64,000 nucleotides of DNA, taken from contig DAOMSJ010000003.1 in assembly GCA_035446285.1 (NCBI GenBank), positions 164,929 through 228,928 of the forward strand. The letters run 5' to 3'. Made by a program: the position numbers and the translations under genes. The notes below the pieces were generated by a model. That model did no database searches. It was not told where the DNA came from and saw only the letters and a program-made list of their open reading frames with translations. This DNA is from Anaerolineales bacterium. Its GTDB lineage: Bacteria; Chloroflexota; Anaerolineae; Anaerolineales; UBA11579. Shown piece by piece: positions 38,120-47,900 of the stretch. Position 1 is the stretch's first letter. Each line of letters starts with the position of its first letter.

Positions 38120-39673
38120 ATGCTTCGCAAAATCTGGCCCTGCCTGCCGCTGGCCCTGTTCGTGCTTGCTGTGCTGGCGCGGGTACTGCCCGGGCCGCGC
38201 ACCATCGACGATGCGTTCATCACCTTCCGCTATACACGCAACCTTCTTGATGGCCTGGGCTTCGTATACAACCCAGGCCAGGCCGTGCTCGGCACCACTA
38301 CGCCGCTGTTCACCCTGCTGTTGGCGCTGCTGGCTTTGCCCTTTGGCGGCGCGGCAGCCAACTTCCCGGCGCTAGCGTTGGGCGTCTCTGCCGTGGCCGA
38401 CGGGCTCACCACGGTATTGCTCTATACGCTCGGCCAACAGTTGGGCAGCCGCAACGCCGGCCTGGCCGCGGCGCTGGCCTGGGTCATCGCTCCGTTCAGC
38501 GTCACCTTTGCCATCGGCGGGCTGGAGACCAGCGTGTACGTGCTGCTACTGGTGGGCACGATGTGGGCCTATCTGCATGGCCGCGTCGTGCTGGCCGCCG
38601 GCTTGAGCGCTGCGGCCATCCTGACGCGGCCGGACGCGGTGCTGCTGGCCGGGCCGCTGTTGGCCTGGCACGCTCTGCGTTCACAGCCCAACGTCACCCA
38701 CGCTGCCTTCTGGCGTCAAAATGCCAAGGCCATCATCGCATTCCTGCTGCCCCTGCTGGCCTGGACGGCGTGGGCCTGGCTGAGCTTTGGCAGCCCCATC
38801 GCCCAGTCTGTCTCGGCCAAGAGCAACGCGTATCGTGTGGATGCCCTGGGCATGCTGGCCGCTTTGGTCAATTTCTACGCCACGCCATTTCTTGAGCACC
38901 TCACCTTCGGCGGCGCCTGGCTGTACATAGGCTTGTGGCTATACCCGTTTCTATTTATTGCTGGCGCATGGGCGGTCTATAAGCGTCAAGCCCACAGCTT
39001 GCCCTTTGCTTTGTTTCCATGGATCTATTTTGTTGTCTTTGCTATCGGCAACCCGCTGATCTTTCGCTGGTATCTCACGCCCCCGCTGCCGTTTTACATC
39101 CTGTTCATTGCACTCGGTGTGCATGCGCTCGCCGTTCAACTGGCTGCACGCATGCGCTCTGCGGCGCTTTCCGCTGCGCTGGCGGCGCTACTCATCGCGC
39201 TGCCAAGTCTCTGCTTGCTGCGCGGCTGGACCCTGCAGCCCGCCCAGCCGCCGCTGCGCCCTGCGCCCAGTATGGCGTGGGTGGAACTGGAGCATCTGTA
39301 CGAAGAAGCAGCCCGCAGCCTGCAGCCCGCCATCGCGGCCAGCGTCGAGCCCATCAGCGTGGCGGCTGGCGATGTTGGCGTGCTGGGCTATCACCTGCCC
39401 GAAGCGCGCATATTGGACCTGGTGGGCCTGAATTCAAAAGAGACCCTGCCGTACTACCCGCTGGACGCTGCGTACTATGGCGACTTCATCTACGCGGTTG
39501 CACCAAGCCTGATCATGGACGAACGGCCAGACTATGTAGTGATCCTGGAGATCTACGGGCGCTACGGCCTGCTGCAAGACCCGCGCTTCTTACAAAGCTA
39601 TCAGCGTATCCAGCTGCTGCCCACAACCATCTACGGCTCAGACGGGCTCGCTATCTACCAATACCTGCCCTAG
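38120..39673 (+). CDS. GT-C-like polytopic membrane protein, paralogous family to 29873-31324
   Basis: RTIDDAFITFRYTRNLLDGLGFVYNPG first-loop motif, about 12 TM segments, C-terminal soluble domain. The ATG lies 6 nt after a TACAAT. Confidence 0.55.
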   Translation: MLRKIWPCLPLALFVLAVLARVLPGPRTIDDAFITFRYTRNLLDGLGFVYNPGQAVLGTTTPLFTLLLALLALPFGGAAANFPALALGVSAVADGLTTVLLYTLGQQLGSRNAGLAAALAWVIAPFSVTFAIGGLETSVYVLLLVGTMWAYLHGRVVLAAGLSAAAILTRPDAVLLAGPLLAWHALRSQPNVTHAAFWRQNAKAIIAFLLPLLAWTAWAWLSFGSPIAQSVSAKSNAYRVDALGMLAALVNFYATPFLEHLTFGGAWLYIGLWLYPFLFIAGAWAVYKRQAHSLPFALFPWIYFVVFAIGNPLIFRWYLTPPLPFYILFIALGVHALAVQLAARMRSAALSAALAALLIALPSLCLLRGWTLQPAQPPLRPAPSMAWVELEHLYEEAARSLQPAIAASVEPISVAAGDVGVLGYHLPEARILDLVGLNSKETLPYYPLDAAYYGDFIYAVAPSLIMDERPDYVVILEIYGRYGLLQDPRFLQSYQRIQLLPTTIYGSDGLAIYQYLP

Positions 39674-39736
39674 AGCCAAAATTGCCTCTTGACAAACCAT
39701 CCTGCAATATAGTACCTTTCTGAAACAAGGTAGCTT

Positions 39737-40066
39737 ATGACCACATCGCCTAAACTCACTCCCCTACGCAAAGGACTGCTTGAATTCCTGATCCTCGTAA
39801 TCGTGTCCGCGGGCAAGGTCTACGCCGCTGACATCCTGCAGCGCCTCAACCAGACGGACTTTGTCACGCAGGAAGGCACGCTCTATCCCCTGCTGAGCAA
39901 GATGCGCCGCGAGGAGCTGCTGGATTACGAATGGCAGGAGTCAGACTCTGGCCCGCCACGCAAGTACTACACCCTCACCCCTACCGGGCGCAAACAGCTA
40001 GCCGAGTTCCGCGCCTACTGGCAGCACCTCACTCAACTTATTGATCAACTTGGAGATCGTTCATGA
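39737..40066 (+). CDS. PadR-family transcriptional regulator
   Basis: LLEFLILVIVSAGKVYAADIL...GTLYPLLSKMRREELL...RKYYTLTPTGRKQL. Confidence 0.9.
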   Translation: MTTSPKLTPLRKGLLEFLILVIVSAGKVYAADILQRLNQTDFVTQEGTLYPLLSKMRREELLDYEWQESDSGPPRKYYTLTPTGRKQLAEFRAYWQHLTQLIDQLGDRS

Positions 40067-40584
40067 AGAATTTAGTTCTTATCACCCTCAGCGGCCACAC
40101 CGCTAGCTTCAAGGCCGAACAAGACGTCTTCGATGCCCTGCACCGCTACCTGGAGCGCGCCGAGCGCAGCCTGCAAGCCGACCCTGACCATGAAGAAGTC
40201 CTGCGTGACCTTGAGCAGTCCATCGGCGACAAGCTCGCCGCCCTCCAGGCTTCCTCAGATCAGGTGCTGACCCTCGCCGATATTGATGCTGTCTTGGCAG
40301 AAGTTGGCCCCGTGGCTGGCGAACCCACCACAGCTCACACGCCTTCCAAGCGCCAACGCCGTCTGGTGCGCGTTCAGGAAGGCCAGGACATCCTGGGCAT
40401 TTGTCAGGGGCTTTCAGCGTACTCTGATATCCACGTCGATTGGATACGAACCATCTTTACTGGCTTGGCGCTGGTGACCGGTGGTGTCTTCATCCTGGTC
40501 TACTTCATTGCGGCGTTCTTCCTGCCGGTGGTGGCTACCCGCGAAGAATACTTCGCTAAATATGGCAGCAACTCACTGCAGTAA
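40063..40584 (+). CDS. PspC-domain membrane protein, co-transcribed with padR
   Basis: ILGICQGLSAYSDIHVDWIRTIFTGLALVTGGVFILVYFI is a PspC domain. 4-nt overlap with padR. Confidence 0.75.
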   Translation: MKNLVLITLSGHTASFKAEQDVFDALHRYLERAERSLQADPDHEEVLRDLEQSIGDKLAALQASSDQVLTLADIDAVLAEVGPVAGEPTTAHTPSKRQRRLVRVQEGQDILGICQGLSAYSDIHVDWIRTIFTGLALVTGGVFILVYFIAAFFLPVVATREEYFAKYGSNSLQ

Positions 40585-40600
40585 CCAAGTCAGCTCAATA

Positions 40601-40627
40601 AAAAAGGCGCCGGATCGGCGCCTTTTT
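40601..40627. terminator. Bidirectional intrinsic terminator (pspC-like gene / rpoD)
   Basis: aaaaa ggcgccg gat cggcgcc ttttt. Confidence 0.75.
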
Positions 40628-40637
40628 GTTTTCATGT

Positions 40638-41930
40638 TTAGCTCTCGCCCAAATACTCTTTGAGCTTCTTGCTCACCACGGGGTGGCGCAGGCGGCTGAG
40701 CGCCTGGGCCTCGATCTGGCGCACGCGCTCACGCGTCACGCCCATCTTGCTGCCCACTTCTTCCAGCGTGTAGGCCTGGCCGTCGAGCAGGCCATAGCGC
40801 AGCTGGAGGATACGCACTTCGCGCGGCGGCAGGCCATCGAGCACTTCGCCAAGATGCTGGCGCAGCAAGTTATACGTGGCGGAATCATCCGGAGCCGGGG
40901 CTTCGTGATCCTGAATGAAGTCACCCAACACCGAGTCTTCTTCGTCGTCCGTAGGGGTTTCCAGCGAGAGCGGGCGGCGCGCCACCTGGATCATGTTCTC
41001 TACCTTCTTGGCGGGCACCTCCAAGGCGTCAGCCAATTCTTCTACGGATGGTTCGCGCCCGAGGCGCTGGGTGAGCTGGTGCTGCACGCGCAGCAGCTTA
41101 TTGATCTGGTCACCCATGTGCACGGGCACACGGATGGTGCGGCCTTGGTCGGCAATGGCGCGCGTGACCGCCTGGCGGATCCACCAGGTGGCATAGGTAC
41201 TGAACTTGTGGCCGCGGCGGTAATCGAACTTCTTGGCGGCACGGATCAAGCCAATGTTGCCTTCCTGAATAAGATCCTGGAAAGGCACACCACGGCCCAT
41301 ATATTTCTTGGCTACGCTGATGACCAGGCGGCTGTTGGCGGTGATGAGATGCTCACGGGCAGCCCAGCCATCTTCAATATTAAAGCGATACTTGCTGCGC
41401 TGAGCGTCATCCGGGCGGCCGGTGGCCAGCACTTCACGGGCGATGCGGCCCTTTTCGATGCGCTTGGCCAGGCTCACCTCTTCAGCAGCGGTGAGCAGGG
41501 GCACTCGGCCAACCTCTTTGAGGTACAGGCCGATCATGTCATCAGTATCAATATTGGCCAGGTAGTTATCGTCAGCTTCACGCTGGCGGCGGCTCTCGTT
41601 TTCCTCTTCTTCGATATCCTCATCGCCGCTCATATCGGCATCGGCGATGGCCTCCAAGCCCTCGGGGTCATCCACATAGGCCACACCAGCGCCCAACAGG
41701 GCGGCAAAGGCCTCTTCCAGCTTGTCTACGTCACGCTCGGCCTCAGGGAAGAAGTTGAGGATGTCATCAATGGTGACATAGCCCTGCTTACGGCCTAATT
41801 CAATTAAACGGACAACTGCGGGATGATCTCGGTCTTGATCGTGCTCGTTTTCGACGATATCGCTTAAAAGTTTTTCGTTCAGCACTACGGGACGCTCTTT
41901 TCGGTTACAGACCTCACTGGGGACGGGCAT
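40638..41930 (-). CDS. rpoD: Primary RNA polymerase sigma factor (sigma-70)
   Basis: [29 protein letters not shown] (region 2.4/3.0) and a region 4 HTH ([21 protein letters not shown]). The exact start is uncertain (see findings). Confidence 0.93.
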   Translation of the reverse strand: MPVPSEVCNRKERPVVLNEKLLSDIVENEHDQDRDHPAVVRLIELGRKQGYVTIDDILNFFPEAERDVDKLEEAFAALLGAGVAYVDDPEGLEAIADADMSGDEDIEEEENESRRQREADDNYLANIDTDDMIGLYLKEVGRVPLLTAAEEVSLAKRIEKGRIAREVLATGRPDDAQRSKYRFNIEDGWAAREHLITANSRLVISVAKKYMGRGVPFQDLIQEGNIGLIRAAKKFDYRRGHKFSTYATWWIRQAVTRAIADQGRTIRVPVHMGDQINKLLRVQHQLTQRLGREPSVEELADALEVPAKKVENMIQVARRPLSLETPTDDEEDSVLGDFIQDHEAPAPDDSATYNLLRQHLGEVLDGLPPREVRILQLRYGLLDGQAYTLEEVGSKMGVTRERVRQIEAQALSRLRHPVVSKKLKEYLGES

Positions 41931-42077
41931 AAAAAGCCAGCAACGGGGGTGCTGTTGCTGGTTTTTAACTTCCTAGTGGACAAAAACTATACAGCGAATC
42001 AAAGTGAGGAGTCAACCAGTAAATCATTTTTGCGCCCTGAATTAATGTTGCCCTGACCAGAGAATATAATCAAGGCC

Positions 42078-42380
42078 ATGCACTACGGAATTCATGGGAA
42101 ATTTACGGCCACACCCGGCAACGGCCCCGGCCTGCTCCAGATCCTGCTGCAGGCCGCCGAGGGGCTGCGCCAGAACCCGAATTGCCTGATCTACCTGGTC
42201 AGCAGCCAGCCGGGTGAGCCGGACGCCGTCTGGGTCAGCGAAGTGTGGACCAGCCCGGCCGCCCACCAGGCCTCCCTGGACGACCAGGCCACTCAAGCCC
42301 TGATCACCCAGGCGCGCCCGCTCATCGCTGGCATGTCTGAGCGTGTGGAACTGGCCACCCAGGGCGGCAAAGGCCTGTGA
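42078..42380 (+). CDS. ABM-domain (antibiotic biosynthesis monooxygenase-like) protein
   Basis: 100 aa with an ABM-like pattern (IYLVSSQPGEPDAVWVSEVWTSPAAHQASL). The ATG lies 7 nt after a TATAAT. Confidence 0.65.
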   Translation: MHYGIHGKFTATPGNGPGLLQILLQAAEGLRQNPNCLIYLVSSQPGEPDAVWVSEVWTSPAAHQASLDDQATQALITQARPLIAGMSERVELATQGGKGL

Positions 42381-42397
42381 GCCCGCTGGCGCAACGC

Positions 42398-42427
42398 TTG
42401 ACGCAAAGCCCAGGCTCAAATTACAAT
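42398..42427 (+). promoter_or_regulatory. Candidate sigma-70 promoter for hppA
   Basis: TTGACG, 18 nt, TACAAT, about 88 nt upstream of the hppA ATG, which has an AGGAG SD. Confidence 0.4.
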
Positions 42428-42515
42428 CCATCCTTGCACGCCTAACCAAGCGCCGTCGGCATTTGCCACCGGCGCTTTTTAAGGAAAGAACACTTTTTAC
42501 ACAGGAGTTATTTGC

Positions 42516-44867
42516 ATGTACGAATTAGGTTTGACCGGTTTTGAAGTCGGAGCCATCTGGGCCGTGTTTGGCGTAGCCATCCTCGGCCTGGTGTATGCGC
42601 TCTGGCTGCGCAAGGAAGTGATGGCGGCTGACGCTGGCACTCCCAAGATGCAAGAGGTATGGGGCGCCATCCGTGACGGCGCCAATGCCTACCTGGGGCG
42701 CCAACTGCGCACCATCATCCCCCTGATCGTGATCCTGACGGTGGCCATGTACCTCTCGGTGGCCATCGTGCCCCCCACCCCTGAGGCGATCGAGCGCTTC
42801 CACAACATGAGCCCTGAGCAGGTTCGCACCACCATTGGTGTCGGCCGCGCCGTGGGCTTCGTGCTGGGTGCGGTGTTCTCGCTGCTGGTGGGCCAGATCG
42901 GTATGCGCATGGCCGTGAACGCCAACGTGCGTGTGGCTTCTGAGGCGCGCAACTCCTTCGGTGGCGCGCTCAAGATCGCCTACCGCGCCGGCACCATCAC
43001 TGGCATGCTGACCGACGGCCTGGGACTGTTGGGCGGTACGGTCATCTTCATTTACTTCGGCATTGCTGCGCCGGACGCCCTGCTGGGCTTCGGCTTCGGT
43101 GGCACGCTGCTGGCGCTGTTCATGCGCGTGGGCGGTGGTATCTTCACCAAGGCGGCCGACGTAGGCGCTGACCTGGTGGGCAAAGTCGAGAACGACATCC
43201 CCGAAGACGATCCGCGCAACCCGGCTGTAGTGGCTGACCTGGTGGGTGACAACGTGGGTGACTGCGCCGGTATGGCTGCGGACATCTTCGAGTCATACGA
43301 AGTGACCATCGTCTCCGGCCTGATCCTGGGTGTTGCCCTGCACGCCCTGACCGGCCACATCGAATGGATCATCTACCCGCTGATTGTGCGTGGTATCGGT
43401 GTGCTCTCCTCCATCATCGGCACCTATGCCGTGAAGGCTGGTAAGGAAGGCAACGCTGCCGCCGCCATGAGCGCCATCTTCAGCGGCTTCCTTTCCTCCG
43501 CGGCTATCTCCGTAGTGCTGTTCTTCGCTGCGGCGCTGTTCTACCTGAAGGACGCTGGTCTGCCCGGCGGCTGGTGGCGCACCCCCGCTGCCGTGGCCAT
43601 CGGTGTATTGCTGGCCATCCTGATTGACCGCATGACCGAGTACTTCACCGGCACGCACCAGAAGCCGGTCGACGAGATCAAGAAGGCGGCGGACACTGGC
43701 CCGGCCACCCTGATTCTGCAGGGTCTGTCTGTGGGCTACGAATCCTCCGTGTGGGCTGCGGTAGTCATCGCCGCCACCATCTTCAGCTCCATCCTGCTCT
43801 TCGGCGGCATCGGCACCACCCCTGCTGAGACGATCACCTACATCCTCTACGGCGTCGCCATGACCGGTATCGGCATGCTGACGCTGACCGGCAACAATGT
43901 GGCGATGGACTCCTTCGGCCCCATTGCAGACAACGCCAACGGCATCGGTGAGATGTCGTGGAGCGGCAAGGGCGACGCCAGCACCAAGCGCGCTCAGCGC
44001 ATCATGGCTGACCTGGACGCGGTGGGTAACACCACCAAGGCCATCACCAAGGGTGTGGCCATCGGTTCGGCCGTGATCGCGGCTGTGGCCCTGTTTGGCT
44101 CCTACCTGGTGGATGTAAGCCGTGCCCAGGCCGCCGCTGGCGTGCCGCTGGCCGAGCAGATCCAGTCCATCGGTATTCGCATCGATGTGCCCCAGGTGTT
44201 CGTGGGTATGCTCATCGGTGGCGCCCTGCCCTGGCTGTTCTCCTCCTACGCCATTCAGGCCGTGAGCCGCGCGGCGGCCCTCATCGTTGAGGAATGCCGC
44301 CGCCAGTTCGCTCGTGGCGTGCTCAAGGGCAAGGTCAAGCCGGACTACAAGCAGGCCGTCAACATCTCCACTGGCGCGGCTCAGAAGGAACTGGTGCCCC
44401 TGGCCGTGTTGGCCGTGGTGACCCCGATCCTGGTGGGCTTGCTGCTGGGCGTGAACGCGCTGGGTGGCTTCCTGGCCGGCATCATCCTCTCGGGTCAGTT
44501 GCTGGCGGTGTTCATGAACAACGCCGGTGGCGCCTGGGACAATGCCAAGAAGCTGATCGAAGACGAGCCCAAGACCCCCAAGAAGAATCTGGGCAAGGGC
44601 TCCGAGCGCCACAAGGCCAGCGTGGTGGGTGACACCGTGGGTGACCCGCTGAAGGACACCGCCGGCCCGGCTCTGAACCCGATGATCAAGGTGGTGAACC
44701 TGGTCTCGGTGATCATTGCGCCGGTTGTGGTGCAAATCGATAAGCTCGGCCCCGCCGAGTGGGCGGCTGCAGGCGTGATGGTTGCGCTGCTGGCCTGGTC
44801 GATCCTCTCCAGCAAGAGCACCGGCTCCGTCGGCGCCAAGCCGAAGAAGGCCGCTGCCCGCCGCTAA
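42516..44867 (+). CDS. hppA: Membrane-bound proton-translocating pyrophosphatase (K+-independent type by signature)
   Basis: GDNVGDCAGMAADIFESY and DTVGDPLKDTAGPALNPMIK. The GNTTKA motif has Lys where K+-dependent enzymes have Ala. Confidence 0.95.
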   Translation: MYELGLTGFEVGAIWAVFGVAILGLVYALWLRKEVMAADAGTPKMQEVWGAIRDGANAYLGRQLRTIIPLIVILTVAMYLSVAIVPPTPEAIERFHNMSPEQVRTTIGVGRAVGFVLGAVFSLLVGQIGMRMAVNANVRVASEARNSFGGALKIAYRAGTITGMLTDGLGLLGGTVIFIYFGIAAPDALLGFGFGGTLLALFMRVGGGIFTKAADVGADLVGKVENDIPEDDPRNPAVVADLVGDNVGDCAGMAADIFESYEVTIVSGLILGVALHALTGHIEWIIYPLIVRGIGVLSSIIGTYAVKAGKEGNAAAAMSAIFSGFLSSAAISVVLFFAAALFYLKDAGLPGGWWRTPAAVAIGVLLAILIDRMTEYFTGTHQKPVDEIKKAADTGPATLILQGLSVGYESSVWAAVVIAATIFSSILLFGGIGTTPAETITYILYGVAMTGIGMLTLTGNNVAMDSFGPIADNANGIGEMSWSGKGDASTKRAQRIMADLDAVGNTTKAITKGVAIGSAVIAAVALFGSYLVDVSRAQAAAGVPLAEQIQSIGIRIDVPQVFVGMLIGGALPWLFSSYAIQAVSRAAALIVEECRRQFARGVLKGKVKPDYKQAVNISTGAAQKELVPLAVLAVVTPILVGLLLGVNALGGFLAGIILSGQLLAVFMNNAGGAWDNAKKLIEDEPKTPKKNLGKGSERHKASVVGDTVGDPLKDTAGPALNPMIKVVNLVSVIIAPVVVQIDKLGPAEWAAAGVMVALLAWSILSSKSTGSVGAKPKKAAARR

Positions 44868-44892
44868 GGCGCACAGCTAACCAAAATAAACC

Positions 44893-44925
44893 AAAGCCCC
44901 GCTGCAATGCAGCGGGGCTTTTTTG
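44893..44925 (+). terminator. Intrinsic terminator of hppA
   Basis: aaagccccgctgc aat gcagcggggcttt, followed by a T-run. Confidence 0.8.
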
Positions 44926-44983
44926 TGTACCGTTAACCAGATTGCAAGCTGGCTTAATCGCTATTGTTTGTTATGATTATTGC

Positions 44984-47900
44984 ATGAGGGGGAGAGTACG
45001 TGATCCCAAACTCAGTTTAAGCAATCGACGGGGGAAGACGCTGTGGCCAGCCTTGGTGCTGGCTGGCGCATTCGCACTTGGCTTGGCCATCCCTGCTCTG
45101 GCTGCCTACCTGGGCCCAGACCGTGATTACACGGTAACCGTCACAGAGTCTGAGACGGTTCGTGATTATGATAATGACAGCTGGACGCTCACTGGGCCTG
45201 AGGGAGTGTGCATCATTATCCACTCCTGCGACGAGCACCCTGGCACGAGTAATTACATCCCCGCTTGTGGCTGGAGCGGCCCCGCTGACAATGCAAGTTG
45301 CACGCCTGCCTTTAAAACGATCCAAGTCACACGCACGGAAACTCACTATTACCCAGAGGCCACGGTCTCGGGCGCAATTCAGTGTGCCCAAAACGGCGCC
45401 AACGGCTGGTGCCTTGGCAGCGGCAGCATTGAACTGAGCGCTAATGAACCGCTGGGTAGCTATAGCATTCTAGGCATTGAGGGCAGCTTAGATGGGAACA
45501 ACTTCTTCTGCTCCGGCGCCAGTTGCAGCGTGCCGGGCAGCCCAGGCAGCGCCGAGGCCAATTACTGGGCACTCTCAAGTTATGGTGACAGCTCAAGCAG
45601 CGGAAGCCAAACCCTGAAAATAGATAATGACCTGCCCACAATTGCTGGGCTGGTGAGCGGGGTACAGGGCAACGGTGGCTGGTATGTTGGCACTATTGGG
45701 CTGACTGCGGTGGGCGCAGACGCCACCAGCGGCCTTGCCGCGCAGCAAGTGCAAGTGGATGGCGGCGGTTGGCAGGACACCAGCGCCACGATCAGCAGTG
45801 ATGGCAGCTACAGTGTTGTGTTCCGTGCGGTGGACGAGGCTGGGCAGGAAAGCTACACGGCAGCGCAATCGCTGGGGCGCGATAGTGCTGCGCCAACGAT
45901 CAGCTTGAACATGTACGATGCCCCGGCGCGCGGCAGCGCTTTGGTAGCTGGCGCCGCCAGCGACGCTACCAGTGGCGTGGTAGCGGTGCATTTTTCGCTC
46001 AACGGTTCACTCAATCAGACTATCACCACATCCGGTGGCGCATGGCAACTGCACTGGGATAGCACCGAAGTGCCCAACGGGGACTATACGATACAGGTAT
46101 ACGCTGAGGACCAGGCCGGGCACTACAGCGCGCCGGTGCAGGTGAGTGTGCAGGTAGACAATGCCGTGCCGTATATCAACCTCTCGTCTGGCTGCTGGCC
46201 AATCTGGCAGGCTTTGGATCTTGACGCGGGGCCGGGTGCGGCGCCGATCAGCCTGGTGAGCCTGACGGTGAGCAACGGCAGCCAAAGCCTTACAGAAATC
46301 TTTAGCACGCCCCCACAGGGTTGGGTATGGAACCGCACGTTTAGTGATGGCAGCGTGGCCCCGATTGGTGACTATGGTCTGCAAGTTTATGTAGAGGATG
46401 CATCCGGAAATTCTTCGAGCCGCACGGCGTGCATCAGCATTCCTGAACCGGACGCGGTGGGTCTGAGCACAGAAGACGGTGGAGCACAAGCCAGCCCATT
46501 GCAGTCCTTCGTGCCTTCCAACGAGAGGGATACACCGCCCCCTTCAGCCAGCTTTGCCAATGCGCAACCCTCAGTGAGTGTGATCACAGCATTGCAACCA
46601 CAGCCGGCCTTTGTGCAGCAGCTGCAGCAGGCCACCCCGGCCAATGCGGCGGTGTGGGGGCCAGCGGCGCTGACGCTGGCGGCCGCTGCGACAGCAATTG
46701 CCATGGCGGAGAAAAACCGGCGCGATGAAGAAGAACGCCGCCGCAATGAGCCTGACCCGTTTGCCACACACCCCAACAACCTGCTGGCGGCACATCTGAG
46801 TGACAAAGAAGTGATGGCGCAAGTATTGGCGGCTGGCGCCAACCCGAACATCAGTATCGAGCAAGCGCGCCTAATCACTCACAATGCCCTGAAGGGCAAG
46901 GGGGCTTACAGCCCAACGGGGGGCGAGCTGAACGAGCAGGCGCGCCAGGCGGCCAACGAAACCAACATGGGCGGCGGTGCCAACAACTTGCTGGCGGCGC
47001 ATCTGAGCGACAAAGAAGTGATGGCGCAAGTATTGGCGGCGGGGGCCGACCCAAACATCAGTATCGAGCAGGCGCGCCTGATCACCCACAACGCCCTGAA
47101 GGGCAAGGGGGCTTACAGCCCCACCGGGGGCGAGTTGAACGAGCAGGCGCGCCAGGCGGCCAACGAAACCACAATGGGCGGTGGCGCCTACAGCGTGCAG
47201 GCGGGTGACAATTGGTTCAGCATTGCTGAGAAGATATACGGCAACCAGCGCATGGCGGGCCAACTGATCGACGCCAACGGCGGCGTCTCGATGCTGCAGC
47301 CCGGCCAGACGATTGCGCTGCCGCAGGTATCGGGCAGCGAAGCAGCCAGCCCCAACTTCAACCCCAAGACCTGGGACGAAGTGGCGAAGTTCACGCTGGC
47401 ACAGGAGGCATTGAAGAAGGCCGAGGAAGAGAAAACTAGCACCACTAGAGATCGAAAACACAAAAAGGCCCTAGGGCTCATTGCTGGCGGGGTAACAGCC
47501 GCGGCGCTTTTGTTCGGCTATCTAAGTTCACTAGAGGGCTGCGGCCTCCACCCTCAAACAGGACGCCTGCTGGGATTTCAATGTTCAGTTGCTCAAATCG
47601 ATTCCATGTCTATTTATGAACGCATTGAATGGTTTGATAAAGTTGTAGAACAAACTGGTGCAGGAGATTGGTTCAACAACATCAAAGGTATTTTGAGGTC
47701 CTTTGCTGACAGAAATAGGGCAGAACAAGGAAGTTGGCTCTCTATAGTAGACGCGCATATACTAGTAGGCATTCAAGATGGATATGCTCTCTACCAGTCA
47801 GGGGTTACTCCACGAGAGATGTCTCTCAGCGAAATTGAGTTGGCCAATAAATGGGCTCTATTCTTCGAGGCACTTCACTCCGAAGACCCCGCTCTAAATG

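Noticed and set aside
40626-41798. 390-aa plus-strand ORF
   Set aside because: It lies entirely antisense to the unmistakable rpoD gene. Its composition is low-complexity Ala/Gly/His/Leu-rich, typical of a high-GC antisense frame, and it has no SD or motif.
42042-42449. 135-aa minus-strand ORF upstream of rpoD that could have explained the hairpin at 41937-41961 as its terminator
   Set aside because: It is antisense to the ABM-domain gene and has shadow-ORF composition.
43293-44735. 480-aa minus-strand ORF
   Set aside because: It is antisense to hppA, and its Gly/His/Asp/Arg-rich translation has no domain signature. This is a high-GC shadow ORF.
44759-44983. N-terminal 75-aa extension of the large surface-protein ORF
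   Set aside because: It overlaps the 3' end of hppA and runs through the hppA terminator hairpin. The ATG at 44984 gives a proper signal-anchor N-terminus.
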